NCBI GenBank assembly: GCA_021613535.1
Contig: CP075494.1
Span: 3,162,001-3,226,000 of the forward strand
Length of the DNA: 64,000 nucleotides
Source of the DNA: Adineta vaga
Lineage: Eukaryota > Animalia > Rotifera
Direction: 5' to 3'
Part shown: positions 52,332-64,000 of the stretch, one piece after another
Layout: every line of letters begins with the position of its first letter
How positions within the stretch are numbered: the first letter of the stretch is position 1
Position numbers and translations under genes: made by a program
Notes under the pieces: generated by a model
Seen by the model: only the letters and a program-made list of their open reading frames with translations
Database searches by the model: none
What the model was told of the DNA's origin: nothing

Positions 52332-54363
52332 TATAACAATGCTGTTTAAACGATTTCTATCGAACTGCTTTTGATGTGATGATATTTATTCGAATGAAAA
52401 AGTATAATAAAAATAGGACTGTTTTAATGAGTTATTAGTAAAGTTAAAAAAGGAAACAATTTCTAAATCATGTTTTTTTTTCAAGAAATTAAGGAAATAT
52501 TGAGAGAATAATCGAAGTTAGTTTGACGTCACACTAAAATTAACTCTATTACCTTCTTTTTTATAACTTGATTTACCTGGAAAAAAACTTCATATCTCAT
52601 AAACAATTATAATTTTAAGAGAAACTTGTTCTTCTTGTTTGATATAGGTCTTGCAGTATGTTCTGTTTCTTCTTCTTCTTGTCTTACATTTCATCGTCCA
52701 TTCTTAGGAAATTACATCTAATTATAAGTAGTCAAAAACTATGTGTACAATCATCTCTAGAAGAACAGAAATAAAGCAATTAAGGAAAAAATTGCCTCCT
52801 TCATCGTTAATGAAATTTTACCAGATTTTTAGATTTTCGAATTTTCGTGAATCTACTACGTAGTAAACAAATTCAATACGATACCATTAGCATTGCGCAT
52901 GATCAGAGATACTAGTCTTTCATAAATAATTCTCACTGCCTATGGTACGAAGTACAGTGAGATATGTCAGCAGTTTTTCAGACATCGACCATTTTTTACC
53001 ATATGGTAATTTCTATCGCAGTTGACAATATTATTAATAGTAGTCAAATATATGAAAATGCATAAAGACAAAAGTTATCTCAACCAAATCGCATCGTTAT
53101 GAATCAGTTTCATTAGAAGCCATCATGATCTTTCAAGAAACGTGTGAAATAACGTTATTGCCTATTCTAAAGTAAACAAGTGAAATAATTTGATTTGAAG
53201 TACGAACACACAATGATTCATTGCTATTGCAATCTTTCTGAGTTTTTTTTCTGCCTCAAAATACTCGTTCTCCACATTTGTTTGCCATTTTCAACTTGGA
53301 AAAATCTCTTCGAATAGGAAGAAATTACTATGTTCTTATTGCCATTACTTTTCAAATGATGTTCACTTTACACAATAAACAAATACGATGTGGGTTTTTA
53401 AGATTTAAAAAGTCGCGCGTTAACACGATAAGTATATTAAATTAATTTTTATAGGACAGAAAAGAAGTTCTTTGTATACGACATAGTCCTCATATTAATT
53501 TTCTTTTTTTAGATCAATTAATCAATTGAATACAGATTCTATGACAACTGCTACAGTTATTCCAAATATGTCAACTTCATTTGTTTATGAAGATTTAGTT
53601 TCTCATGTGAAAAATCTCCAAAATGAAATAATTCAGATGGAAAATATTCTTTGGAATCGATATGAAACAGACAAAAATGTTCAAAGTGAAATAAAATCTC
53701 GTTCATTTACGTTTATTGATCCATATGGAAATCGAACAATCAAGAAATTTATGGATCATGAACTAATCGAAAAAGTGCTTAAGAAATATAAAAAAGATTA
53801 TGTACCAAAATATTTACGAGAATGGATTAAGATTGGAACAATGAAAGACAACGCTATTTCAGCATTAAATGAATGTGAATTAGAATCAACTGTTTCGAAA
53901 TTTGATCATGGTTCTATATTTATTACTTATGCAGAAGTTATTGTATGGATTAGAAATTATGAAGATTTTTGGATAAAAATAATGCCATTAAAAGTTCTTC
54001 TAAGTGATGATATGAATAAAATTAAAATTAAAATAAAAGAAGAACGAAATTTTAGTGATATTGAATTGAAATCGTGTGAAATTGATCAAAATAGAAAATC
54101 CATGGCGAAGAATTGGCTTCAAGGTAAAACATTAAAATCAGAAGATACAATTTTATCATCAGAATTGTATCAAAACAATTGGATTATTATGGCAAAAATA
54201 ACGCGCATACAGGTTAATTATAATTCCTTTTTATTCTCATAACTTTCATGTTTTTTTTAGAATAATGATACTCAATCAAATAATAATGGTTTAGTAATAA
54301 TATTTCAGATTTGTGGTAGAAGTAGATCGTCTCTCCATGTCCATCCTGAAATGGATATAGCTA

Positions 54364-55868
54364 CCCATGTAAACATTTTTTGGGTCAAAACGCGGTTCGA
54401 GCGCGTGTCGAACGCGTCTAAATTGTAGCAGTTGAGCGCGTCTTGACGCGTCCCTGGTGAAACAATCGAGGCGTCTAGATGCGTTCCATGATAAACTGCA
54501 TCTGAACGCGATTAAAAAGTGATTGCGTCTAAACGCACTTCGATTTGGAGCTGCGTCCTCCATGAAACAATCGGGGCGTCTAGACGCGGTTCAGTTAAAT
54601 TTAAAAATTAGGCAAAAAATCGATCAACTCATCTCAGATTCGAACAGAGTCGCCATCCACATTATATCCTGATGGTCTTAGCTTATCCTAGCCTATGATT
54701 TGAATTTTTAACTTACGTGACGAGAAGCGGATTTGAACATGTGAACCATAGATCAGAAGTCATGAACATACACCATTGAGCCATACTTACTCGAAACATA
54801 TTCTTATTCAAAACGATATCTATTTGATTATATACTTTTGAACTTAAAGACAAAGATAATAATATTCACATCTACCTATGGAGAAAACGTAATACGCTGT
54901 TTTACTTTCGTTTTCAATAATTAGCAAATCATCTCAAATAAAATTTCATATTTTTTGTCTTCCCTGACTCTAATTATATTCGAAATATTGTTTACAAATA
55001 TAGATTTTGAATGTGAACTAGATAAATCACATACATACAACTAATGAGTTCTAGCTGAATTATTAGATTTGACTGCAACAAAAGATATAAATTGGTTGTT
55101 GAAAAATACTTTTAAACACAAATAAATGACGATTTCTATCTAATTATTCTGTTTTCGATCTAACATAAATATTTTCCGATTAAAAGTATTTTCAAATAGA
55201 AAACTTTCTCAATGTATTCAAAAGATGTAAATACATGGTATTTTTTAAGAGGAGTTTTGATCTAGATTACTAAAAGCAAACGCATTGAGACAGATTTTAG
55301 AAAATTATTCGCATCTAGATGCGTTTCTAGACAATTCAAGCTGCAACGCGACGCGACTAAATTATTAAACGCACATCGACGCTCAGAAATATTTTTAATA
55401 GGTGCGTCTAACCGCGTTTCGTACAGAATTCTTAATGAGATGTACCTTAAATATTCTCAGTTGCGTCTAAATGCGTTTGGAAAACGTTTTTAGCCGCAAT
55501 CAGACGCTACTTCATACAAAAACGCGTTGGGTTGCGTTTCATATAAGTTTTAGGTGCGTCTAGATGCGTTCCAGATGTAGTCGCGTTTAACTGAGGTTAT
55601 GTTTCTCGATAGAAAACGCACCCAAACGCGATTCTACTAACAAATGCGTCTAGATGCAGCTCTAAATTCTTTTAACTGCGTCTAAACGCGGTCGTGTAGG
55701 GAATCGCGTTCAAATACAAGAAGAAATTATTTTCTTCTGCGTTTAGTCGCAGTTGTATACAGATACGCGTTTGAACACGATAAATTTGAATTTAAACCGC
55801 GTCCAGATGCAATTTTCGAAAGCATACGCGGCTGAACGCGTTTATTCTGCGTCTGGTGTTTACATGGG
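54364..55868. mobile_element. Non-autonomous DNA transposon, probably CMC/EnSpm-like
   Basis: Perfect 12-bp TIR CCCATGTAAACA, TA duplication (54362-63 and 55869-70), many subterminal gcgtctagacgc-like palindromic repeats, no transposase. Confidence 0.88.
54625..54792 (-). other. Two degenerate tRNA-like (Pol III A/B box) sequences inside the transposon
   Basis: Reverse complement of 54715-54792 has TGGCTCAATGG ... GTTCAAATCC. Reverse complement of 54625-54700 has TAGGCTAGGATAAGCTAAGACC ... GTTCGAATC. Confidence 0.55.
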
Positions 55869-56413
55869 TACTGTCAAAAAATTAATGGGAGATGCTGGAG
55901 GAAATTTTCTTGAAGGATACACGCTTATATCTAATTGTAGAGTATTAGAGAATAACAGAACACTTGCATATTACAATATACAGAACGGACATCTTTTATA
56001 TCTTGTGCCAAATATGACTGGTGGCATGTATCATTTCACAAGTGGTCGACAAGATTTTTCTCTTTTACCGGATAAAGCAGCTATAACTGTTCAAAATGTG
56101 CTCAAGTTTAAATTTCTACATTCAAATCGTTTCCAACAGTTATCATCATCTCAATTACAAAATTCAATTTTAGCAGCACAAACAATTCTTTCAACTTTAC
56201 ATCGCGAATTGCAATATTTTTCTTCTGAAGATAATATTCCGAATGTAAAATCGATCGTTTTACAAACACTGATTGATAATCAAGAAAGTAGTGAAAGCGA
56301 GGAAGATAATTAATAACAATTTTATTTATGAACATTATATAATTAACATATTCTAAATCAATAAATGATTTTTAATCGATAAAAACTTTAAAATTATTGT
56401 TCAGTATTTAGTT

Positions 56414-56467
56414 TTGAAGATGTGAGTGTAAGTAGAGAATATGTCGAGATACAACCATCACCCTCAA
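56414..56467. repeat. Telomere-like mini-palindrome (degenerate)
   Basis: ttgaagatgtgagtgtaagtagagaatatg...acaaccatcaccctcaa. Confidence 0.6.
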
Positions 56468-56593
56468 TATCGAAGTCAAAATAATCATATAGGGAAAATG
56501 TTTTATTTTTGTAAAGAAGAATACATTTATTCGATTTTCAACTAGTTCAAGTATAATGCGAGAATATTATTGTCGAGATAACAAAATCTTCGA

Positions 56594-57993
56594 TTAAGCA
56601 TATGAATTTTTACCATCGATCATTGGTGGCATATTGGAAATGTCAATAACTTTGGTATATCGTCCCATGAATAATGTTGTCTGTTTGTATCGAATAGCAT
56701 AGAGAAATGGTTTGTTACAAATGAAATCAACAGTCTCTTCTGGAGCTCCGCTACCCTCTAATATGATGCGAACAACGGATGTAGCCGCTATAAATAAAAA
56801 ACTTAAGGTAACAAAAACAAACAAAAAGACGACAATTGATACTTGCCTGCTCGTACACCTTTTTCATCGACAATGACATAAGTTCTAAAAGGAAGTTTAT
56901 ATATAGATGACATTTAGTTGAATAAATAAACATACTTGTGAATCAAATTGGATACAGCTATCGGTTTTTCCAGAGATATTCCTTCCAAATTGGCCTTCTT
57001 CTCATTAAACATATCAGTGACATTCATATCCGTCTTTAATACACTCTCAATATTACTCTCAGATTCAAATTTCCATTTTGGTATCCAAACGAACACTTTC
57101 TGATTTGTGTTAGTTGGTGAATTCAGTAATGATGAAGTGAGTTTTGATTCAACATCAGATAATTTGACACCGTTATTCGGTAGAACGATAGTAAAAGTGA
57201 GATCATTGTTTTCAAATGGTAAATGAATCATGCGAGCACCAATGGCCGATGTTAAATCAACATAAGGAAAGTGGCCTTGTTGCTTCATCATAGTAAGAAT
57301 GTTCTCTTGAGGTGGACCATTGTCGGGAAAGAATGAGCAACCATCATTAGTGTCTTGTGCTCGAAATTCATTTTGCCATTTTTCTAGACGAGAAAACATG
57401 AGAAGAAATAATCAAAAATAAAACTATACCATCAAAGACAAGACAATTGATCATTAGAAGTGCATTTTTAGTTGTGTTATTTGTCGCTAGATCCTTTTTG
57501 TCTAATGTTTGTTTGATATGACCATTCGTTTGGTTTGATACCCATGCATTGATTTCATCAAGTACAGGCATGAGATCTTTAGCATTGAGATCAACAGATG
57601 ATAATGTAATGTTGTAGAGATTTTGTAATCGTTGTTTAAAAGCTGGTAGAATCGAAAATTTCTTATCGGGATAAAGTCGATTAGCCAATTTGATTTGAGG
57701 TAAACGAGTAACATCCATTAATTGTTTAACTGATGAATCCAATTTATCACGAGATGGAATTTGTAGTAGATTGAGAAGTCCTTTTTCCGTTTGACCTCGT
57801 GCACCTGCAGCGACCATAGAAAGTGCAAGACTGATTGAGTACGGCGAAAGAAAAGCATTTTCATCGGGTTTTGTAGCGACTAAACTCTTATAGAGATTTA
57901 AGTGAAAGTCTTCGAATACATTGCTTCTACAGCTGTTGATTTACCTTCAACATTGTAGAGAAGACACATGAACACAAGCATCAGATGAAACAT
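56594..57993 (-). CDS. Serpin (secreted); 1-nt frameshift after the signal peptide; includes a GC-AG intron
   Basis: NAFLSPYSISLALSM, INAWVSNQTNGHI, WIPKWKFE, hinge DEKGVRA|AATS, FICNKPFLYAI. Confidence 0.88.
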
Positions 57994-58357
57994 CTGTAGA
58001 AGTTTTTTCGAGAAAGAAAAGGTCATCGAGAATATCGATAGAATGTAATAGAAAGAGAAGCTGAACACATCCTTATATAGTCTCTATCTTTCATATCGCG
58101 TTATAGGTTTCACCATGTTGATAATAACTTGTTAATTGAAGATAAAACATTTTATATCGTTCCACTTAGAGATGATAGTGTGACTAGTATCATACTGTTG
58201 TCATGTAAATGTCGTCAACAACATACGTCGACATTTCAATAAAGAAAGAAGTGAATTGTTTTGAAAATACCTCCGAATGGTTATCAACCGAAATTCATTC
58301 AATAGTTTTCTATATCAATTATATTTCGAAATACATAAAGGAATATAGAATACAAAA

Positions 58358-58400
58358 CTGTAATGGTGTGAGATGAAGCTATCATCCTCACTCACTCCAG
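58358..58400. repeat. Telomere-like mini-palindrome (degenerate)
   Basis: ctgtaatggtgtgagatgaagctatcatcctcactcactccag. Confidence 0.5.
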
Positions 58401-60059
58401 TATAGTTATTTATTGAATTCATAGCTGAAAGTTCTCTATGTGATAAATCGATTCGCCATGGCTGAATCTTCGTGTCTCTATACAATAGTTTCCATATTTT
58501 TTTCTTGAATGGTTAGAATTCATGTGCATTTTTTATATCATAGATTAAAACAATGAATAACAATCAAATAAGAGATCTGAGAAATTATTTTGATCGTGAA
58601 GATTTTAAAAAGATTTGGCATCGTATTGCCACTGATATTAAGCTTCGAAAGTATTGCAAATTCTTTATAATTAATCATAATAAGAGAAAAGGTTTTATTA
58701 TCCTGTATTCTTTTTTATTATTATTGATGGTTCTACGAAAATAAAATATCGATTTTTATTCAACCAAGATCACATAGACATAATGTTAGATTGACGATGA
58801 GAGAATGAAATCATTACATAAAGGACACTAATCTTCTTGGCGTACTCTTATCGAAAAATGAACTTATAAAGAATAAAAGAAATAAAACGAATGTGATTGT
58901 GACAATAAATCTTGCTTGGTTTATTCGTTTTGTAACCATTTAAGAATCACAAACCGATTTTAATTTCTTTAAAATACAAGCTGCAATTAATATATTCCAT
59001 TCGCAATGATCATTCATCAGCCAACGTTTAAATGCATAAAATGTTGCTGCTGAGAGTATTACACCAGTGTATTTAATTAAAGCATCTCGTAATGTGTTTT
59101 TGTTTTGTGAAATATATCCAATTACGGATAATACATATTTAGTTGCGGCGGCGGAAAAATAATATAGTACAACAATACCTACGCCACAGCTATCACTATT
59201 AACCCAACTAATTTTGTAGCAATTCTTGCATAGCTTTATATTGAAATATTCCCATCCAGTTTTCTTCTCTTTGGTCGAATAGTACCACATAAGCTGATAG
59301 TATATTTCATCTTGTATACGCGAAGATAGATTACGGATTTCAGGAAGATCTCTTCGTACTTTAATGTATTTTCGAATTTTGATATCACTTGGAATTTGAC
59401 GCCAGACTTCTTTAAAATCATCTCTACCAAATAGTTCTTTTAAGTCTTGTATTTGATCAAAATAAAAAGTAATAAAACTATGTAGAACTTATTTTGTAAT
59501 GCTGTAATTAAATTACCATTTTATAGAGTATATATATGTTGTTGGAGAACACACTTATATTGTAATTTAACGTATCCAAGATTAGTCATTCAACATATTT
59601 TAAAATTTCCAAAAAACTGCATGGAATTCGCCCTATGTAATCTATAGATATATGTACTTTGGTTCCCAATGGTTTTCTCCAATCAAAAACTACTCTCATA
59701 TCTGACTAAACAGTCATGAATCATAAATAAATTTGTATAACATTATTTTACCGCAGTATAGTTAGTTTTTTCCAAATAAGAAGAAAAAAATCTATAAATA
59801 GAGATATATTCTATATTCTTCAACAGTATTAAATCACACAAGCAAATCAATCAAATCCTATAAGTACATTTTTATATAAGAAAAGTAAAGTAATAAGTAG
59901 AAGTGATTTCAATTGACGTGCACATTCGTCTACATTTCAGATTAAAAAAATGAGCTACACATAATCAAGAAGATTTTCAAAAGGTCTGGTTTCGTATAGT
60001 AACTGACATCAAAATTCGAAACTTTGAAAACTTAAGTGATTTACTTGAATATCATCATT

Positions 60060-62713
60060 TACCAGATCAATTACAAAATCAACTTAGAGATGAAATAACA
60101 AAATTATATCGTTTTTATTTTTAAGGTTGAATTGATACGCTGTTGATGGATTTATCGAATGTAAATAAACGCAACTGTCATAACTGAAAGGAGGATTCGA
60201 TTCAGTTGGTAAACTGGATTTATATGATGATAAATATTGAGTGATATTGTGAACGATAATTGTGTTTTCATCACCACAATGTTCACGCTTATCTCCTAAT
60301 GTTATGAATAATGAAAATTTTAAAATGTACAATGGTTTTGAAAAAAAAAAACGTTAGTTTGGATATTTCAGCATTGGAACAAAAGAGAATATACGATAGA
60401 TATTTTCTCCAGATGAGCTATATTCGAATTAATTTAATAAAAGAATAACATACCTGGACAAGGACGTCCGCAGTGTCCTTTTTTATACTTGGAATGTATT
60501 GGTGAAGTTTTATTTAACCATATAGTACCAGCATTTAAACAGTAACATCTATTCATTTGAAAAATAGCTAATTTCGCTTCTAAATTTCGACAAGAAGCTA
60601 TACATAATTGATGTGTTAAATGATTTGATATGATGGATGGTAGACCAGTTGTTAATGGTTTTTGAAAACAACCACTCAGAGTATTATAACCAATAATTGA
60701 TTTTGTTTTACAAAGTGTACGTCTCGGATCTGAACAACTACTAATTGATGTTTTTTTTAGAACATCAATTTCAATGTGTTCGGTTGTCGAACGTGTAAAA
60801 ACCAGACAAGAATAATTGCTACCAGCATCGATCATTTGAAATTCATTGATAGACGAATGAGTATTATTCAAATCGGACCTTGTTGATACATTGCTATTCG
60901 ATATATCTAAGAGAAAATTAAATACTAACCTATCTACGTATAAATCAAATACTTTACTTGTATCAAGAAGAAAAAAGCCAAGTCGAACTTGCCATTGTGC
61001 TGAATAGCGAACAACTTCATCTTCGTGTAGTTTATTGTGATGTTCGTCTTTTGCATCACTTATTTCCTCAGCTTTATTAATAACATAATCATTCTCAGTA
61101 GCATCCTAGATAGATTCCATTGTATCTGCATATTCTTCATTCAATACTGAATGTAATACCGTATTGCAACTGGCTTTTGCTTCTTGTATTGTTTTACTTG
61201 TATCTGATATTCGATATTCGATAACAATTGTTATTCAAATCAAGCCAATTCATTGGGCATTGATGTTGCGTATATTTTGTAGAATACGTATAACTTCTAG
61301 AATATCCCAATCTCACGGAAGTCGGATTTGCACCTGTTGAATAGGTTATACATAATTGATAAGACGACTCATCTGAATATTCAATGCGACGTAAGCAACC
61401 ATTTTTTAATTTATTATACGGGCACGTTACAATATCAACATCGGCATCTTTTCTAGGAAAATAGTTTAAACGATCTGATGAACATATCCATAGAGGATTG
61501 ACGATACTTGCATTTATAAAGGTTACTTGGATCGATGAGTCTCTCGAGAGCAAACTATTGATAATTCCGAGAAAGGAATTCCATGCTATTCTTCCATCAA
61601 AAATATACGTTTTTCCTTTAGGCTCACATGTATCCCACCATATCCTAGACAAATGCATGCATCCCTTCAATTCTTTTACATAAACAGAATTAGCCGGACA
61701 TATATCGTCTAAACCATAAACAGCCCATATGTGTGTATCATTTTTTGATCCACATTTGAATTTGTATTCACTGCTTGAATCACCAAATATATTATCACAA
61801 TACATGTTGCAAGTATTATTTGATAAAACTGTTAAATTAAGTATATCATCAGAGACAATGCTCAATGTCTTCTGCATTATGCACATACATTGTTTGTCAT
61901 CACCGTTGAAAGCTAGAAGAAAACTTACAATATTTTTATTAATATTTGAATTACACTACAGAATGCTGTAAATTTATCAAAAGGTTATAAAATCGCTTTT
62001 TTGTTCATTAGCACGCAGCAATATTGAAGAATAAAATCTATGCATAGATAGATATTAACACAGATAAAAGTCTTCAAAATACTCATTAGGTTTCTATCAC
62101 ATTGCATTATGAATGTTTCGCTTAGTACAATATTATGAGAAGAGTTAACAAGCATCTCTAGGTCCTAAATGTATATCATTACCTATAGATTGTACCGTCT
62201 TAGTTTGATCAAAGCATGCAGCTGCACATCGTTCCAATTTATTCAATGCTAATTTTTCTGAAAAGCCATCAATTTTAACTTGAAATACACCAGAACCAGC
62301 AGAACTATCCCAAAATTCACATAATCTGAATTGAATTTTATAATCGAACAAATGGAAGTGTTTAGCATAGAGTTTGCTCTCAGCATAGGCTGAATAAGTA
62401 CCGGATCCACCACATGAAATGTTTGTTTTAAGTTCACTATGACCTAGTTTTGGACAGCTTATTGAGCAATCGCTGTTCTGTTGTCGACTTTGATCCATAA
62501 GACCACTTCGTGAACATCGACATATGGAAGCTTGTATATATATATTATCGGTGTTTCACATAGAAGAAAACATAGTTTTGGTTCCATAAATGAACTTTCA
62601 AAATAATCATTATAAGATACACGCATATAACATCCAACATAATTATATGAACCATGAGCAGCTACTGCTAAGATAATGATCAACAAAGTTGATAATATTC
62701 TTGAATAAACCAT
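60060..62713 (-). pseudogene. Secreted WSC-domain + C-type lectin protein, frameshifted
   Basis: Signal peptide, YVGCY..MEPKLC, CGGSGTYSAY, CPMNWLDLNNNCY, LTHQLCIASC..CYC. Frameshift at a (TA)n run near 62540 and further stops. Confidence 0.72.
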
Positions 62714-63180
62714 ATATTTTACACAGAATATATATGTTTTTTTTCTAAACCAAAAATAAAAATAGTAAGAGAAGACATACTCTTAAGAACAAAAACGAAG
62801 TGCTTATATACTCCTAATCACATATACATGGAACAAGAAGTATGTTTGTGCGAGTAGTACTTAGTAATTTCCTGACCTATTGAGATATCAAGGCACGAGT
62901 CCATGATCACGAATGATGAAAAAATCAATGATAAAGGACAATATGAGAAATATGAGATATTTATAAATTATTTTCAATCAAATAATTGATAATAGAAAGA
63001 AATAGGAGATAGAAAACCTTTTCTTTTTTTTCTTATGAATATTTGATACATGAATGATAAGTGTTGTTTCTCTATGATATGATACTTGTAATTTCAAGGT
63101 TATTTTTCCCTCTTAGTTTGACATAAGTAAAGTTGGCAGCAGATTCGAGTTCTTTTTGCCGATAATCGTTTGAGTACCAT

Positions 63181-63236
63181 CTTGAGGGTGTGGGTGTGTG
63201 TCTGAATATAAGACTGACATCCATGCCCTATTTCAG
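63181..63236. repeat. Telomere-like mini-palindrome
   Basis: cttgagggtgtgggtgtgtgtctgaatataagactgacatccatgccctatttcag. Confidence 0.75.
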
Positions 63237-63285
63237 TACAATTCTTTAATCTAAATTATATAATTTAATCATCTATTTATTTTAG

Positions 63286-63806
63286 AAATGATTCCAATTA
63301 ATAGCAGTGTCGATGAAGCATGGTCAGAGTTCGAACGATATTCTACGAATGATTATGTTCGACGATTTCTCGACGCACAAATAGTTGCTGCTTCGAATAT
63401 AATCACCACAGATACTTCGTAAGTAGTACAATGAAAGAAAAATATTGTAATCATTGGTGTTCATAGATCCGAGGCTAGCTCGACAAGTAATGATGAAGCA
63501 AAGCATCTGAAACCTGATATAGATCAATTAAATAATGGTCTGATACGAATTCAAACTGAAACTAAGGATAAATTTGCATCGATGGAGATAAATATTACTA
63601 ATCTTCATACTCGAGTAAATCATCTCGATAATCGTCTTGACAAAGTATGTAGCTTTAATAAACGCAATATTACAATCTACACTTATACTTAGGTAATTGA
63701 TTCACTCGATTGGATCATGGGTGCAATGGTACGAGTTAAAATGGGTCGAACAGATCCTCCATCGATTAAAGAAGAACAAGAATCCAAAGATGAACAGAGC
63801 GTTTAA
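63286..63806 (+). CDS. Three spliced exons encoding a coiled-coil tail (possibly an orphan 3' end of a TRP-like channel gene); missed by the ORF track
   Basis: MIPINSSVDEAWSEFERYSTNDYVRRF..|..ITNLHTRVNHLDNRLDK|VIDSLDWIMGAM..SV*. Two GT-AG introns keep the frame, and an acceptor AG precedes the first exon. Confidence 0.6.
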
Positions 63807-64000
63807 ACTCGTTTTTTTTTACTTGAAATTTTTGTCAGTTTTAATATATCACTCGTAAAGATCTCCAAAGAACCACATTGTTTCTCATTGGATTAGGCTC
63901 TTAAAGGGTATCTTCGTACATGATCAAAATTCAAGTCTATAAATTAATATTTTGTTTATTATAAAAATAAAATAAAATGTTTAAATAATATTTCAAAAAA

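Larger units (their letters stand above)
53517..56313 (+). pseudogene. Ubiquitin-like-domain protein gene disrupted by a transposon
   Basis: Removing 54364-55870 gives in-frame HPEMDIA|TVKKLMGDAGG..VLENNRTLAYYNIQNGHLLYLVPNMTGG-MYHFTSGRQDF. Confidence 0.82.

Noticed and set aside
52935-53010. Imperfect short inverted repeat (tgcctatggta...taccatatggta)
   Set aside because: Single weak instance with no TSD or second copy.
54291-54563. Arg-rich 90-aa minus-strand ORF
   Set aside because: Translation of transposon subterminal repeats.
54625-54792. Functional tRNA genes
   Set aside because: Acceptor and anticodon stems pair poorly; kept only as tRNA-like sequence.
55753-55868. N-terminus of ORF 55753-56313
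   Set aside because: Lies within the transposon end; the true coding frame resumes after the TA duplication at 55869-70.
58940-59430. Two overlapping minus-strand ORFs
   Set aside because: Possibly a frameshifted relic, but there is no recognisable motif to support a call.
1-64000. Bacterial contig or contamination suggested by speB, zupT, TEII and DAD-like genes
   Set aside because: Spliceosomal introns, eukaryotic transposons and interleaved metazoan genes (BK channel, GPCRs, EGF protein) indicate a eukaryotic chromosome.

Overview
AT-rich eukaryotic genomic DNA with mostly ~50-60 bp GT-AG introns. The gene content is characteristic of a bdelloid rotifer (inference, not proven): ART-TPR and ankyrin-ART genes, NHL-repeat proteins, tandem orphan GPCRs, F-box relics and several bacterial-type enzymes carrying introns or targeting peptides. 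Apparently intact genes: agmatinase, GMC oxidoreductase, type II thioesterase, SLC49-like MFS transporter, a divergent Slo/BK K+ channel, an LRR protein, three GPCRs, a ZupT-like transporter, a secreted DAD-family cupin dioxygenase, sialate O-acetylesterase, an EGF/Cys-module receptor and two NHL proteins. About ten broken genes lie among them. Mobile DNA resolved to the nucleotide: a Helitron containing a nested MULE (9-bp TSD) inside a channel intron, a CMC/EnSpm-like element (TA TSD, tRNA-like cargo) splitting a ubiquitin-like domain, and two hAT/Ac-like MITEs that each join halves of unrelated genes. The most unusual signal is a dispersed family of about 12 tiny (40-70 bp) palindromes built from telomere-like TGAGGG/TGTGGG units arranged head-to-head around a conserved GAGTATAGC-like core. 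No database searches were run; all family calls come from motif recognition.
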